Assembly: GCA_040755855.1 (NCBI GenBank)
Contig: JBFMAD010000001.1
Location: forward strand, 256,001-320,000
From: Planctomycetota bacterium
GTDB taxonomy: Bacteria > Planctomycetota > Brocadiia > JAADGH01
Reading direction: 5' to 3'
Length of the DNA: 64,000 nt
Shown here: positions 36,604 to 46,121 of the stretch, in pieces
How positions within the stretch are numbered: the stretch's first letter is position 1
Layout: each line of letters opens with the position of its first letter
Position numbers and translations under genes: made by a program
Notes under the pieces: model-generated
What the model was told of the DNA's origin: nothing
Seen by the model: the letters and a program-made list of their open reading frames with translations, nothing else
Databases searched by the model: none

Positions 36604-36719
36604 GCGAATCGCCGCATGAGCGCCCAATCAGCCGATTTATTTCTTGACTATTGCCACGGTTTGGTGCAAACTATTCTTCCCACGGTAAGGAATTCCGGCA
36701 TTCTTTAGGAGAAGACGCG

Positions 36720-37835
36720 ATGGCATCGAAAGAAGAACTGGCCTTGCTTCTCAAGAGACCCATCTACCTCGAACGCAATACCTATCAGCACTTCTACAAC
36801 GGGGGCAAGCTCCGCGCCGAGTTTGTCGGCGACCCCGACGAGGGCGACGACTTCTACTCCGAGGAATGGATCTTCTCGACCAACCGCGCCGTCACGCCCG
36901 GACGCGAGAACCCCCCTGACAAGGGCATCAGCCGCATCAAGGTTCGCAGCGGCGATGTGATTCGAATCACTGAGTTGCTCAAGGCGTTCCCCGAGGAAAC
37001 GCTGGGCAAGAAACACTACAAGAAGTACGGACCCACTCTCGGCATCCTGGTCAAAATCTTTGACGTCGGCGCCGGGGCGCACATCCCCGTCCACTGGCAT
37101 CCGACCCCGGAGTTCTCCAAGAAGCTCCTGAAGAACGACTTCGGCAAGAACGAGGCGTGGCTCATCATCGGCAAGAGGCCCGGCGGCAAGGCATGGGTCG
37201 GCTGGAAGGAGGACCTTGATCCGAAGGACTTCAAGAAGTGGATGGACAGGCAGGACGTGCCCAAGATGCGGAGCATGATGCACGTGGTGGACCCGAAGGT
37301 CGGCGACGTGATCTTCCTCCGCGCCTCCTACGTGCACTCCCTCGGCTCCGGCCTGTGCAACCTGGAGCCGCAGGAGCCGACCGACTGGAACATCCTCGCC
37401 GAGTGGAAGGGCTACCCCTTCGGCAAGAAGGACGTTACTTGCGGCCTTTCAATGGACGATGCGCTCGCCGCGGCCGACTACTCCAAGATGCCCCTGGACT
37501 ACCTCAACAACTACGTCAGGCGGACCCCCGAAAAAATTCGGTCCGAAGGATCAAGCCGCGAGGATCATCTCGTCCCCGACGAGGCCAAGCAGTTCTTCGA
37601 CATGACCAAGCTGATCGTGAAGAAAGGCATTTCCGCCCCCGTCCCGGCCAAGCGGGGCTTCTACTGTGCGATCTGCCTGCAGGGCGAGGGCGTGGCGAAG
37701 GGCAAATTCGGCGACATCCCGATCAAGCGCGGGCAGTCGCTCTTCGTGCATCGCTCCGTGCCGGCCTTCGACTTCGTGAAGAAGGGGCAGCGGGACCTGG
37801 AAATGATCTGCTGCTTCCCGCCGGAAGTGAAGTGA
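36720..37835 (+). CDS. Class I mannose-6-phosphate isomerase-like cupin
   Basis: ATG 36720 after AGGAG; GGKL..SEEW, LVKIFD, PVHWHP, KNEAW, VHSLG, EPQEPTD. Confidence 0.8.
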   Translation: MASKEELALLLKRPIYLERNTYQHFYNGGKLRAEFVGDPDEGDDFYSEEWIFSTNRAVTPGRENPPDKGISRIKVRSGDVIRITELLKAFPEETLGKKHYKKYGPTLGILVKIFDVGAGAHIPVHWHPTPEFSKKLLKNDFGKNEAWLIIGKRPGGKAWVGWKEDLDPKDFKKWMDRQDVPKMRSMMHVVDPKVGDVIFLRASYVHSLGSGLCNLEPQEPTDWNILAEWKGYPFGKKDVTCGLSMDDALAAADYSKMPLDYLNNYVRRTPEKIRSEGSSREDHLVPDEAKQFFDMTKLIVKKGISAPVPAKRGFYCAICLQGEGVAKGKFGDIPIKRGQSLFVHRSVPAFDFVKKGQRDLEMICCFPPEVK

Positions 37836-37861
37836 TCGGATACAAGGCGCAAGGGGCAATA

Positions 37862-37894
37862 CTCGGGCGGCGCACAACGCCGCCCGAGCCTTTT
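37862..37894 (+). terminator. Intrinsic terminator-like hairpin
   Basis: CTCGGGCGGCG-CACAA-CGCCGCCCGAG followed by CCTTTT, between convergent genes. Confidence 0.6.
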
Positions 37895-37911
37895 ATGAGC
37901 AGGGCGAAACC

Positions 37912-40602
37912 CTATGGCGGATAGGAGCCGAGGAAGACATCGTCCACCCACACCTTTGCGCCGGGGGTCTGGCCAATGGCGAAGACATGGAGGGTGATTG
38001 TGCCTCCCTCCATCGGGGCGAGGAAGTCGGTCGAGATCTGCTGCCACTCGTTGGGAAGAAGGGCGGCGTTGACGGTTGCACGCGGAGAGCGTTTCCCCTG
38101 CGCAGTCTGATAGACGACCATTTGGTAGGTTGCTTCCTTGTCGTTGTGCTTTAACCAGACGGAAACGCGGAAGCAACGGGACGCCCCGGCGGCAACGGGC
38201 TCCGTGATCCCGCCGAGGGCGCTGTCCGAGAATTCCACCGAATAGGCGCCGGTATGGGCCTCCGCCTTCGTCAAGGCCCAATGGAACGGCGTTCCGCGCC
38301 TGTGCCAGAGGCGGAGTCCCCGTTCCTGCTGGTGGTCGGGTTCGAGAGGGCGACCGTCCTTGGGCGATTTCCCCTCCCCGCGCAGCTCGAAGCTCGGGTC
38401 CTTGATTTGGTTCTCCGGGGCGATGCCCGTCGCCTTGGTCTCCGACACCTTCAATACACCGGAGAGGGCCGGGTCGGTCACATTCTCGCGCTGCTTTTTC
38501 CACCACGCCGCCGCCGCTGTCGGTCCGAGCGACTTTTGGAGGAACGTCGCGGCGCGGTCGAAGGCGTCTCCGACGGCCTGGACCACCTGCGGATGGATGA
38601 TCCCTTCCTGGACAGCATCGTGGAATATGTTCGTTGGTCTGAGGAATGGGGCATAGATGCTTGCGGGCGGCTTTTCCATGACGTCGCGTTTGTAGTCCGC
38701 ATGTGTGCGGCCCAGGGCGATGGCCTCTCGCGCGTCGGCGACGACTTTCTCTGCATCGGCTTCGGATTCGATCTTTGCATTCTGCAGTCGCGTCACCGCC
38801 CCATACTGCCGCGCGCCGATGGCGGCAAACTCGAATATCCGCCGCACAATGTCAACCCGCTCTGCTACGAGAGGCGCATCCTGCGCGGCGGCGGCGGCCC
38901 GCTTCAGGTGGGCCTCGGCCTTGTCCGCTTCGGCAGGGTTGAGGACCTTGAACTGCTCGAAGCTGCGGCCATCCGAGAGCGAGCCCTTGTCCTTGCCGTA
39001 CCAGTGGGGCAGGCCCTCCTGTTCGATCCACCGCTCATAACCCGCTTCGAGGGTATCATAAAATTCCTTCATGGCCGGGCCTGCCGGGCCGAAGAACCTG
39101 GTGTAGTACTCCTCCAAGATCACATCCACGTCCTGCCGGGGGTCCCAGAGCAACTCGTTCTCCACGTAAGGCACCATGCCGTCCATGGGCCAGAAGGGAT
39201 ACATCTCCTGGTAGAAGTGCCGCGCCCGGCCCGATGCCACGATGTAGCGGATGCGCTTCGCCGACTGGCGGATGTCGAGCTTGGGCATAATGAAATACCC
39301 CTGATCGTCGTGGTAGCAGTAGATGCCCATGCGCCGCGCCCCCATCCTCATCCATTGGTCCCATTGCTCGAAGGCATTCATCTTAGAACCCACGCACAGC
39401 ACCGGCATGAGCATGCGGTGGAGCTTGACGGTCTCTGGCGGCATGCGCATGGAGCCATAGGCGATAAAGGCGATGATCTTCGCGGGGAACTCCTTCTCCA
39501 CGATCTCGCAGACGCGGTTGCTGAACTTGACATAGCGATCGCAGAGACCGATGCGGTTGACCTGATCCGCATTGGGGGCATCCATCGCCCGGCAGTTCTC
39601 GCACATGCAATCGCCCATGCCGTCGTTGACGGCCAGGTTGATGGCGATGGCGTCGGGGTTCTTGCGGAAGTAGTCAATGAGTCCCTCCGCCATGACCTGG
39701 GCCACTTCGGGATTGGAGACGCAGGGCTGCCAGCCTTGAGGGACCTTCCCCTTCTCGGGGCCTTCGGCAGGGGTTATCGGCACAAAGCGCTTGCCGTCGA
39801 AGAGCGGAAAATACTCCGGGTGTGTGGCGCCATACTGGGTCACCGGCAGCCACCGGTAATAGCTCTCGTTCGATGGGATGGAGTAGTTCATGCGGAAAAA
39901 GTCGTCGGTGCGGAGCCGCTTGTATTCCGGCTTGATCTTCGGGCCGAACTGATTCAAACCGCTCATGACGCGGCTGACGAAGTAGGGCCAGTCGCACCAC
40001 TCGACTTCGGGGATCCGAAGCGTCGGCGTTTTCGGGATGACATCGCCAAGATCGCCGGGACTGCCGGCCCAGTAGTGACGGACGCCGACGTATCGCTTGA
40101 GGAACCCGACGGCGCCGAGCGCGGTCGCCCGGTCCGTCTTACCCCGGATGACGAGGGTCTTTTCGTCAAGGGTCTTTACGAGATAGCCGTTGATGTTGGC
40201 GATCACATCGTCGCCATAGCGAACATCCGGCAGGGCGAGGTCCGTCTTCAGCCCGACGGCGGTATCGCCGAGATGGATTGCCGCCAGGCGCGGCGGGACG
40301 GGTTTTGCCTCGTCGATGAGGGGGATATCCGCGCCCGTGGCAAGGTCGAGGTATGCCTTGAGCGTCGCCGCCGCGCGGCGGGTTTCGAGCGCCTTTCCAA
40401 TCGGATGGACGATCGCACATCGGGCCTGCCCGTTTTCCACAATGGTGAAATAATCCGCCCTCCCCTCACGCGGCGGGTCGGGGTAATTGAAGGCCGCCTT
40501 TTCCGGCGGGACCACATCAAAGAGCCTGTCCTCCTGCGCCCAAAGCACACATGACGCGAGGATGAACACGGACACAAGAGGCACGCTCGGCTGCTTCAGC
40601 AT
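37912..40602 (-). CDS. Secreted DUF4838-type protein with C-terminal CBM-like domain
   Basis: Signal peptide; FLKRYVGVRHYW, HPEYFPL, QPCVSNPEV, NDG..DCMCENCRAMD, FIAYG, LLWDP..DVD..YYTRFFGPA; DPSFE..AHTG..WVDDV. Confidence 0.75.
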   Translation of the reverse strand: MLKQPSVPLVSVFILASCVLWAQEDRLFDVVPPEKAAFNYPDPPREGRADYFTIVENGQARCAIVHPIGKALETRRAAATLKAYLDLATGADIPLIDEAKPVPPRLAAIHLGDTAVGLKTDLALPDVRYGDDVIANINGYLVKTLDEKTLVIRGKTDRATALGAVGFLKRYVGVRHYWAGSPGDLGDVIPKTPTLRIPEVEWCDWPYFVSRVMSGLNQFGPKIKPEYKRLRTDDFFRMNYSIPSNESYYRWLPVTQYGATHPEYFPLFDGKRFVPITPAEGPEKGKVPQGWQPCVSNPEVAQVMAEGLIDYFRKNPDAIAINLAVNDGMGDCMCENCRAMDAPNADQVNRIGLCDRYVKFSNRVCEIVEKEFPAKIIAFIAYGSMRMPPETVKLHRMLMPVLCVGSKMNAFEQWDQWMRMGARRMGIYCYHDDQGYFIMPKLDIRQSAKRIRYIVASGRARHFYQEMYPFWPMDGMVPYVENELLWDPRQDVDVILEEYYTRFFGPAGPAMKEFYDTLEAGYERWIEQEGLPHWYGKDKGSLSDGRSFEQFKVLNPAEADKAEAHLKRAAAAAQDAPLVAERVDIVRRIFEFAAIGARQYGAVTRLQNAKIESEADAEKVVADAREAIALGRTHADYKRDVMEKPPASIYAPFLRPTNIFHDAVQEGIIHPQVVQAVGDAFDRAATFLQKSLGPTAAAAWWKKQRENVTDPALSGVLKVSETKATGIAPENQIKDPSFELRGEGKSPKDGRPLEPDHQQERGLRLWHRRGTPFHWALTKAEAHTGAYSVEFSDSALGGITEPVAAGASRCFRVSVWLKHNDKEATYQMVVYQTAQGKRSPRATVNAALLPNEWQQISTDFLAPMEGGTITLHVFAIGQTPGAKVWVDDVFLGSYPP

Positions 40603-40650
40603 GATGGTCCTTCTTTTTCAACAAGCTACCTCTCCGAGCAAGACGCGGTT

Positions 40651-43600
40651 CTACGGCGAATACTTGATCCACATGGGGGAGATCCACACCAGCTCGCCGT
40701 CCGCCTGCTCGCCGCGCACGTAGTAGTAGCGCGTCTCGCCGGCGACCGGATTGGCGTCCGACCAGGTGATCTCGACCTCCGCCTTTCCCGGCTCGGCGGT
40801 GTAGACGTATTCATTCTGCCGGATGACGTGGACCTTGGCGAAGGGCTGCGTGCCGTGGAGCTTGATCGTGAACTTGGGCGGCTCCTTGGCGTCGAACTCC
40901 TCGCCCATGAAATGCTCTTCGCCGCCGGCGACGCACCGAATGTCGGCCAGGATGTTCTCCGTCGAGCCATAGACGCGGCGCTTCTTCATGCCGTCGAGGA
41001 TACCATTGCGCGTCGGTTCCGTAACCCACACATTGCAGTAGCTCATGTGCGTCGAGCCGTGGTCGCTGGAGGACTGGAACGCCAGCCGGTATCCCCGGAG
41101 CAGCGCCAGCGACACGAATCCCTTCGGCCGCCATCCGCCGATGGAGTCGCCCTCGGAGTTGGAGCGCGGGGCGTTGGGCATCTCGTAGTTCTGCCGCGCT
41201 CCCTGGTAGATCTCCACGAAGGGTTCGACGACCGGGTCGTTGTTGCGCCAGTCGGTTCCCATGTCCGTCCCGCTCGTGTGCTCGGCGCAGACGCCGTCGT
41301 GCTGGCGAAGATACTGGTAGAGCATCTGCGTGTCGGGCGCGGGAGGCGGATTCTCGTCGTTCGGATCGCTGAGGGGCAGACGCGGCAGTGTGCGGATGCC
41401 GCGCTTTGCGAAGACGACGTTGCGATGTCCCTCGGGGTAGATGACGCTGCGTTCGTAGGTGAACATGGGGACGAAGGCCGAGCCGACCTTGAGGATGTCC
41501 GTCGTCTTCTGAGTCGTCCACCAGGAGTACTCGCGGCCGCCGCCGTTGTCGTGGTCGCCGTTGCCGAGCCAATCCATGTAGGCCGCGTCGAGGGCGTAGC
41601 GCCACATGTCAATCAATGCGCTGTCGCCCCCGCCGTCCGAGGAGATCTCGGTATGGCGGTGGAACTCCCCGCGCACGGGTTGAAGCGTCTCGCCGCGAAG
41701 GTTGGTGCGATACTCGCGCATCCGCTTCACGGCGGCCAGCTCGATGGCAACATCGGCAGTCGGCTCGGCCGCCTTCTCCGCCGGGATCTCTTCGAGTTGC
41801 GCCGTGGAGACGGGCGAGAGCGCCGACCCAGCGACAAGCGAGGCGTAGAGGTTGTTGTTGATGTTGTCCTTGCTCGGCTCCTTTTCCTCGACCGGCGTTT
41901 CGTCCTTGCGCGGGCGCCTCTTCGGGAACCCCGACCGCGCCCCGCCGAAGGGATACTTGTGCCGTTCATCCGCCGATCCAATGACCAGCAGGCTGCCGTT
42001 TGCTGCAGAGACCAGGGCGGGCCGGTTGTCGAGGATATTGTCCGAGTCGGGCAGGAGGGCAGGCTCCTGCCACGTCTTTCCGTCGTAGCGGGTCAGGAAG
42101 CTCCAGAAGACCGTGCCAACGCTATGCCGCATCCCCCCGCGCCGACCGCGAAAGGCAACCCATACCGCGCCCGTATCATCGGCGGCAAGGCGAACGAAGG
42201 TCGGGTTCAAGCCGCGGACCGTGTCCTCGATATGTCGGGTCTTCTTCGCTTCCGCCTTGTCCGCCTGATCGGGTTTCTTGGCTTTGTCCTCCGTCGGGGC
42301 CACGCCCGACAGCTCCGTCGCCGGACGTAGCCAGCGCTCGCCGTCCCAAATCTTCAGCTTTGCCTCGCGCGGGGCGTAGAGCCGGAGTCCGCCCCCCTCT
42401 CGCTCGCACGCGCCCTGGTCCTTGCCCCATCCCGGTCCCGCCTGCTCCCAAGCGACCCAGAGGCGGCCTTCCTTGTCATAGGCGACGGAGGCGCGGCTGT
42501 CGTGCTCCGTGCCGCCGGCCACGAGCATCGGCGATTGCGGCTGGCCCTCCCGGAACACGCGCATATAGACATCATAGTCGCCCTTGTCATACGTATCCCA
42601 GGCTACGGTCACATTGCCCTTCTTGTCAGCGGCGACGGCGGGGTCCCAGTCATTCGCATTGCTTGTCGAAACCCGTTGAGGCGCGCCGAATCCATTGCCC
42701 TGCTGGGCCGCAGCGAAGATGTCGAAGTTGGTCTCCCGCCCCCCCATCCAGGCGACCCATACGCGCCCCGTCGAGTCCGTCGCGGCAGCGGGACAGAAGT
42801 CCGGGCCGGGGGCGTTGGAGATGTTGATCGCCGGGCCGAATTGGCCGTTGCTGAACGACCGGGCCATCAACTCCCAGTTGCCGTCCGTCAGGTCCGACCT
42901 CGGGTTGACGTTCTTTGCGTAGAAGACCCAGACCCGCCCCGATCCATCTACGGCCACGGCGGGCCGGTGCAGGTCCTCTTTGCCATCGGTTACGGGAAGG
43001 GGATCCTCCCATTTCCCATTGCGGCAGGCCTTCAGCCACAGGCGGTCGCCGCCCGTCGGTTCGGCGAGGTAGGCAAAATCCTTAATCTCCGTCTCCACCT
43101 TTTCGCGCAGTCCCGCGAATTTCTCGCCCCGCGTGAAGGCGACATAGGCCATCCAAATCGCACCGTCCGGGGCCGATGCCGCGGCGGGGTAGTCCTCGTC
43201 TTCGACGCCCTCGGCGATGCGCACCGACGTCGCGCAACGCTCAACGGTGAGGCCTTTGGCCCCGCGGATCGTCTTGCCGAAGGGGAGGTCCTTGAGCGCG
43301 AAGGACGCCTCGCCCTGCTGAGTTGTGATCTTGATCTGCGTATCAGGCTTGGTCTCGGCCAGATGGATGAAGAGGCCGTTGTCCTCGATGGGCAGGATCT
43401 TTCCTTCCTTGACGGCCTGGCGCTGCCCATAGCTCTGCGGCTTCGCCCGCCGCGTGGCAATCTTCCACGTATTGCCCTCCGTGCGGTCCCCCGGGCCGAA
43501 CCGCCAGACGCGCATGTCGGCCACTCGCCCCGGCTGGACGTCAATCTGGCCGCTCCAGTCGGCGGCTTCCTTCGTCTTGAAGATCACCAGCAGCGTGGTC

Positions 43601-43680
43601 TGGTCCTCGGACACCCCGCCCTGCCCAAAAGCCACGCCGACGATGCACAGCAACAAGGCCAGACTTATCCCGTATTTCAT
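40651..43680 (-). CDS. Secreted protein with beta-propeller repeats and a PHP-like (DUF3604/CehA-like) metallohydrolase domain
   Basis: Repeated PA(V/A)A.D..G.VW(V/A)(W/F) blades; GEFHRHT, GDHD, GHRNVVF, EH, VEIYQ, SSDH; C-terminal YYYVRGEQ.DGE..W.SP.W. Confidence 0.7.
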   Translation of the reverse strand: MKYGISLALLLCIVGVAFGQGGVSEDQTTLLVIFKTKEAADWSGQIDVQPGRVADMRVWRFGPGDRTEGNTWKIATRRAKPQSYGQRQAVKEGKILPIEDNGLFIHLAETKPDTQIKITTQQGEASFALKDLPFGKTIRGAKGLTVERCATSVRIAEGVEDEDYPAAASAPDGAIWMAYVAFTRGEKFAGLREKVETEIKDFAYLAEPTGGDRLWLKACRNGKWEDPLPVTDGKEDLHRPAVAVDGSGRVWVFYAKNVNPRSDLTDGNWELMARSFSNGQFGPAINISNAPGPDFCPAAATDSTGRVWVAWMGGRETNFDIFAAAQQGNGFGAPQRVSTSNANDWDPAVAADKKGNVTVAWDTYDKGDYDVYMRVFREGQPQSPMLVAGGTEHDSRASVAYDKEGRLWVAWEQAGPGWGKDQGACEREGGGLRLYAPREAKLKIWDGERWLRPATELSGVAPTEDKAKKPDQADKAEAKKTRHIEDTVRGLNPTFVRLAADDTGAVWVAFRGRRGGMRHSVGTVFWSFLTRYDGKTWQEPALLPDSDNILDNRPALVSAANGSLLVIGSADERHKYPFGGARSGFPKRRPRKDETPVEEKEPSKDNINNNLYASLVAGSALSPVSTAQLEEIPAEKAAEPTADVAIELAAVKRMREYRTNLRGETLQPVRGEFHRHTEISSDGGGDSALIDMWRYALDAAYMDWLGNGDHDNGGGREYSWWTTQKTTDILKVGSAFVPMFTYERSVIYPEGHRNVVFAKRGIRTLPRLPLSDPNDENPPPAPDTQMLYQYLRQHDGVCAEHTSGTDMGTDWRNNDPVVEPFVEIYQGARQNYEMPNAPRSNSEGDSIGGWRPKGFVSLALLRGYRLAFQSSSDHGSTHMSYCNVWVTEPTRNGILDGMKKRRVYGSTENILADIRCVAGGEEHFMGEEFDAKEPPKFTIKLHGTQPFAKVHVIRQNEYVYTAEPGKAEVEITWSDANPVAGETRYYYVRGEQADGELVWISPMWIKYSP

Positions 43681-43712
43681 GCGTCACTCCTCTCCATGAG
43701 GAATATATCCTC

Positions 43713-46109
43713 TTACTCCCGAACGATATATGTATAGGACCGGCTCAACCGCCCCCCGTAGATCAAATCCCCTCGTTTGCGAAGGGCATGGTACGGGGGC
43801 CGCCGCATCGCCTCGGGCACGGCGTTCACAACGCCAGCGCCTTTCTGCTCGTGGCAGCCGATGCAGCCCTTGCGCTCCTTCGGCCGCACATAATTGAAAT
43901 CCGTCTCGTGAACGACCACGTTGCGCTCCGCATCCAGAAGGGCGAAGCGGAACGGCGTGTCAGCCGGGACCTCGACGTAGAACGAGCCATCCGGCGAGAT
44001 CGGCGCGTCGCCGAGGATGCGCGTCTGGAACCCCAGGTTCCCGTTCAGCGACATGCCCACCTGCACCCCTTCGACCACCCGGACGTAAGCCACCCTTGAC
44101 CGGTCGAAAGGAAGGTCGGAGTTGAACACCGACTGGCAATACACGAAGCCCGTGTTCGAGTCGGGCGGCGTCGCAGCCGTGGGGATTGCCAGGGGGCGCG
44201 GGTGCGGCGCGATGGGGATCGCGTCCACGTCGCTCATCTCCGGGTCGTCATAGACCAACCGCATCTCGCGCGTCTTCAGATTGCAAAGATAGAGGCCATA
44301 GCCGTTCCACCGCGTGTCATACCACGGCGCGTAGGAGAGAATGATCCAATCTCCGCCGATGGGATATGGCGCGGTGAGGCGTCCGATGGGGTTCTGGTCG
44401 TCGAAGTTGTGGATATAGACCTCTTCGCCGCCTGCCAGGTTCATGATCTCGGGATAGAGCGGCATCTCGCAGTCCATGGGGTCCTTCTTCGGGTCCACCA
44501 CCGCCACACCGGAGGGCGTGACGCAGACCAGCCGGCCGTCGGACATCACCCGCGGGAAACTGATCGAGACGCCCATCATCTGGTCCGTCCGCGGCCAGGC
44601 GGTGGTCTGAAACTGGTTCGCATAGGGCATGGGGCGGAGGGTGCTATAGAAGCCGCCCCTCATGCTGCCGTAGAACATCTGGTCCTGCGTGCCGTCGGGG
44701 AGGATGGTGCGAAGGACGGTCTCGATCCGATTGATGCCTTTTGCCGGGTCCACGCCCGGCAGGGCCGTCGGGCCGCCGTCCCAGCCGTAAAAGCGGTAGC
44801 TGCCGTAGAGGATTCGCCCGTCGGGCAGGACGATCGGCTCGAACTCCGAGTTGGGGTTGAACGTGATCTGCTGGATGTTCGATCCGTCGGCGTTCATCGT
44901 GTAGAGGGCGCGGGAACGCTCGTGGTGATAGAACTCGTGGTATCCGGTGCGGTCAGAGCAGAAGACGATCCGGCCATCGGGCAGGTACTGGGGATCAATG
45001 TCGTTGCAATTGCCGGAGGTGAGCTGCCGGAGTCCCGTCCCGTCCACGTTGATCTCATAGATGTGGAACCCCTCCGTCCTGAAATGCTTCCGCATGGCAA
45101 AGAGGATTTTCTTGCTGTCGTAGGAGACCTCGGCCCCCTGGACGCCGCCGTCGGTCAGGTTGGTCAGGTTCTTCAGCTCGCCGTCGGGCTGGGGCGGGGT
45201 GAGAGTATAGAGGTCCTGCCCCCAGGCGTACCAGGGGACCTTCGGATAGGGATACGAGTCGCGGTAGCCGAGGTTCGACTCCGTCCGCTCCTTCGTCTTG
45301 ATAAACACGATCGCCGGCGGCAGGTCGGGCGGCTGCGACGCCTCGGGGCGATAGGTCCCCTCGATCCGCGCTGCGGCCTCCTCCGCCGCCGTGCGGACGA
45401 TGAGGACGGGGTCGCGCTCGGCCATTTCCTTCAGCCTGTCGCGGGCGGGGGCGCAGCGCATCTCGCCGAGGGCCTGGGCCGCGCCGTAGCGAATCAGGTA
45501 ATGGTCGCGCCCCAGCTCGCGGAGTAGAATCCGGTCGGCCTCTTCGCCGCCGATGCGCCCCAGGGCCTCCGTGGCTGCATAGGCCACTCGGATGTTCGGC
45601 ATGTCGGCGGGCGCCTGGACGCCTACGCGCTGGGACGGCTGGCCGGGCCTCGGTTCATACCGGAAGTAGTACATCCGCCCCCGGTTGTTCCGGCCGCCGC
45701 TGCTGATCTCCCAGAACTCCCGGTCCTTCGCCGGGAACTGCTCGGCCAGGGCGGCGATGCTCGCGGGATCGCCGATCCGGCCGAGGGCCTTCGCGGCCCA
45801 ATAGCCCGCCACCTGGTCGGGCGATTTCAGCAGCGCCTCCAGCTCCTCACGCGCCGCGGGGTTCGGGTAGCGGCAGATCGCCCAGGCCAGGAGCGCCGGC
45901 GCCGGCTCGGGGAGCGTCAGGCCCAGCCGAAGCCCGGAGGGATCGGCCTGTCCTTGTTTCGCCAGCTCCAGCGCGGTCTGCGCGGTGGGCGCTTTCCTGA
46001 ATTGGTCAAAGATCGCATTCGGCGTCGCGGCCATCACGTCGGACAAGGCAAGTCCGATGGCCGACAACATGAAGAGGATCGCGAGGATCGGCGATTTGGA
46101 TTGTCGCAT
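43713..46109 (-). CDS. Secreted HEAT-repeat plus HzsA-like (PD40 propeller, hydrazine synthase alpha middle-domain-like) protein with one c-heme motif
   Basis: HEAT repeats; SYDSKKILFAM, YEINVDGTGLRQLT, DPQYLPDGRIVF.SDR, LGDAPISPDGSFYVEVPADTP, CIGCHE. Confidence 0.72.
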   Translation of the reverse strand: MRQSKSPILAILFMLSAIGLALSDVMAATPNAIFDQFRKAPTAQTALELAKQGQADPSGLRLGLTLPEPAPALLAWAICRYPNPAAREELEALLKSPDQVAGYWAAKALGRIGDPASIAALAEQFPAKDREFWEISSGGRNNRGRMYYFRYEPRPGQPSQRVGVQAPADMPNIRVAYAATEALGRIGGEEADRILLRELGRDHYLIRYGAAQALGEMRCAPARDRLKEMAERDPVLIVRTAAEEAAARIEGTYRPEASQPPDLPPAIVFIKTKERTESNLGYRDSYPYPKVPWYAWGQDLYTLTPPQPDGELKNLTNLTDGGVQGAEVSYDSKKILFAMRKHFRTEGFHIYEINVDGTGLRQLTSGNCNDIDPQYLPDGRIVFCSDRTGYHEFYHHERSRALYTMNADGSNIQQITFNPNSEFEPIVLPDGRILYGSYRFYGWDGGPTALPGVDPAKGINRIETVLRTILPDGTQDQMFYGSMRGGFYSTLRPMPYANQFQTTAWPRTDQMMGVSISFPRVMSDGRLVCVTPSGVAVVDPKKDPMDCEMPLYPEIMNLAGGEEVYIHNFDDQNPIGRLTAPYPIGGDWIILSYAPWYDTRWNGYGLYLCNLKTREMRLVYDDPEMSDVDAIPIAPHPRPLAIPTAATPPDSNTGFVYCQSVFNSDLPFDRSRVAYVRVVEGVQVGMSLNGNLGFQTRILGDAPISPDGSFYVEVPADTPFRFALLDAERNVVVHETDFNYVRPKERKGCIGCHEQKGAGVVNAVPEAMRRPPYHALRKRGDLIYGGRLSRSYTYIVRE

Positions 46110-46121
46110 GGTTCTTCATCC

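Noticed and set aside
43713..46109. Anammox hydrazine synthase
   Set aside because: Only one CxxCH, N-terminal HEAT repeats, and no hzsB/hzsC neighbours; HzsA-like domains are not restricted to anammox bacteria.
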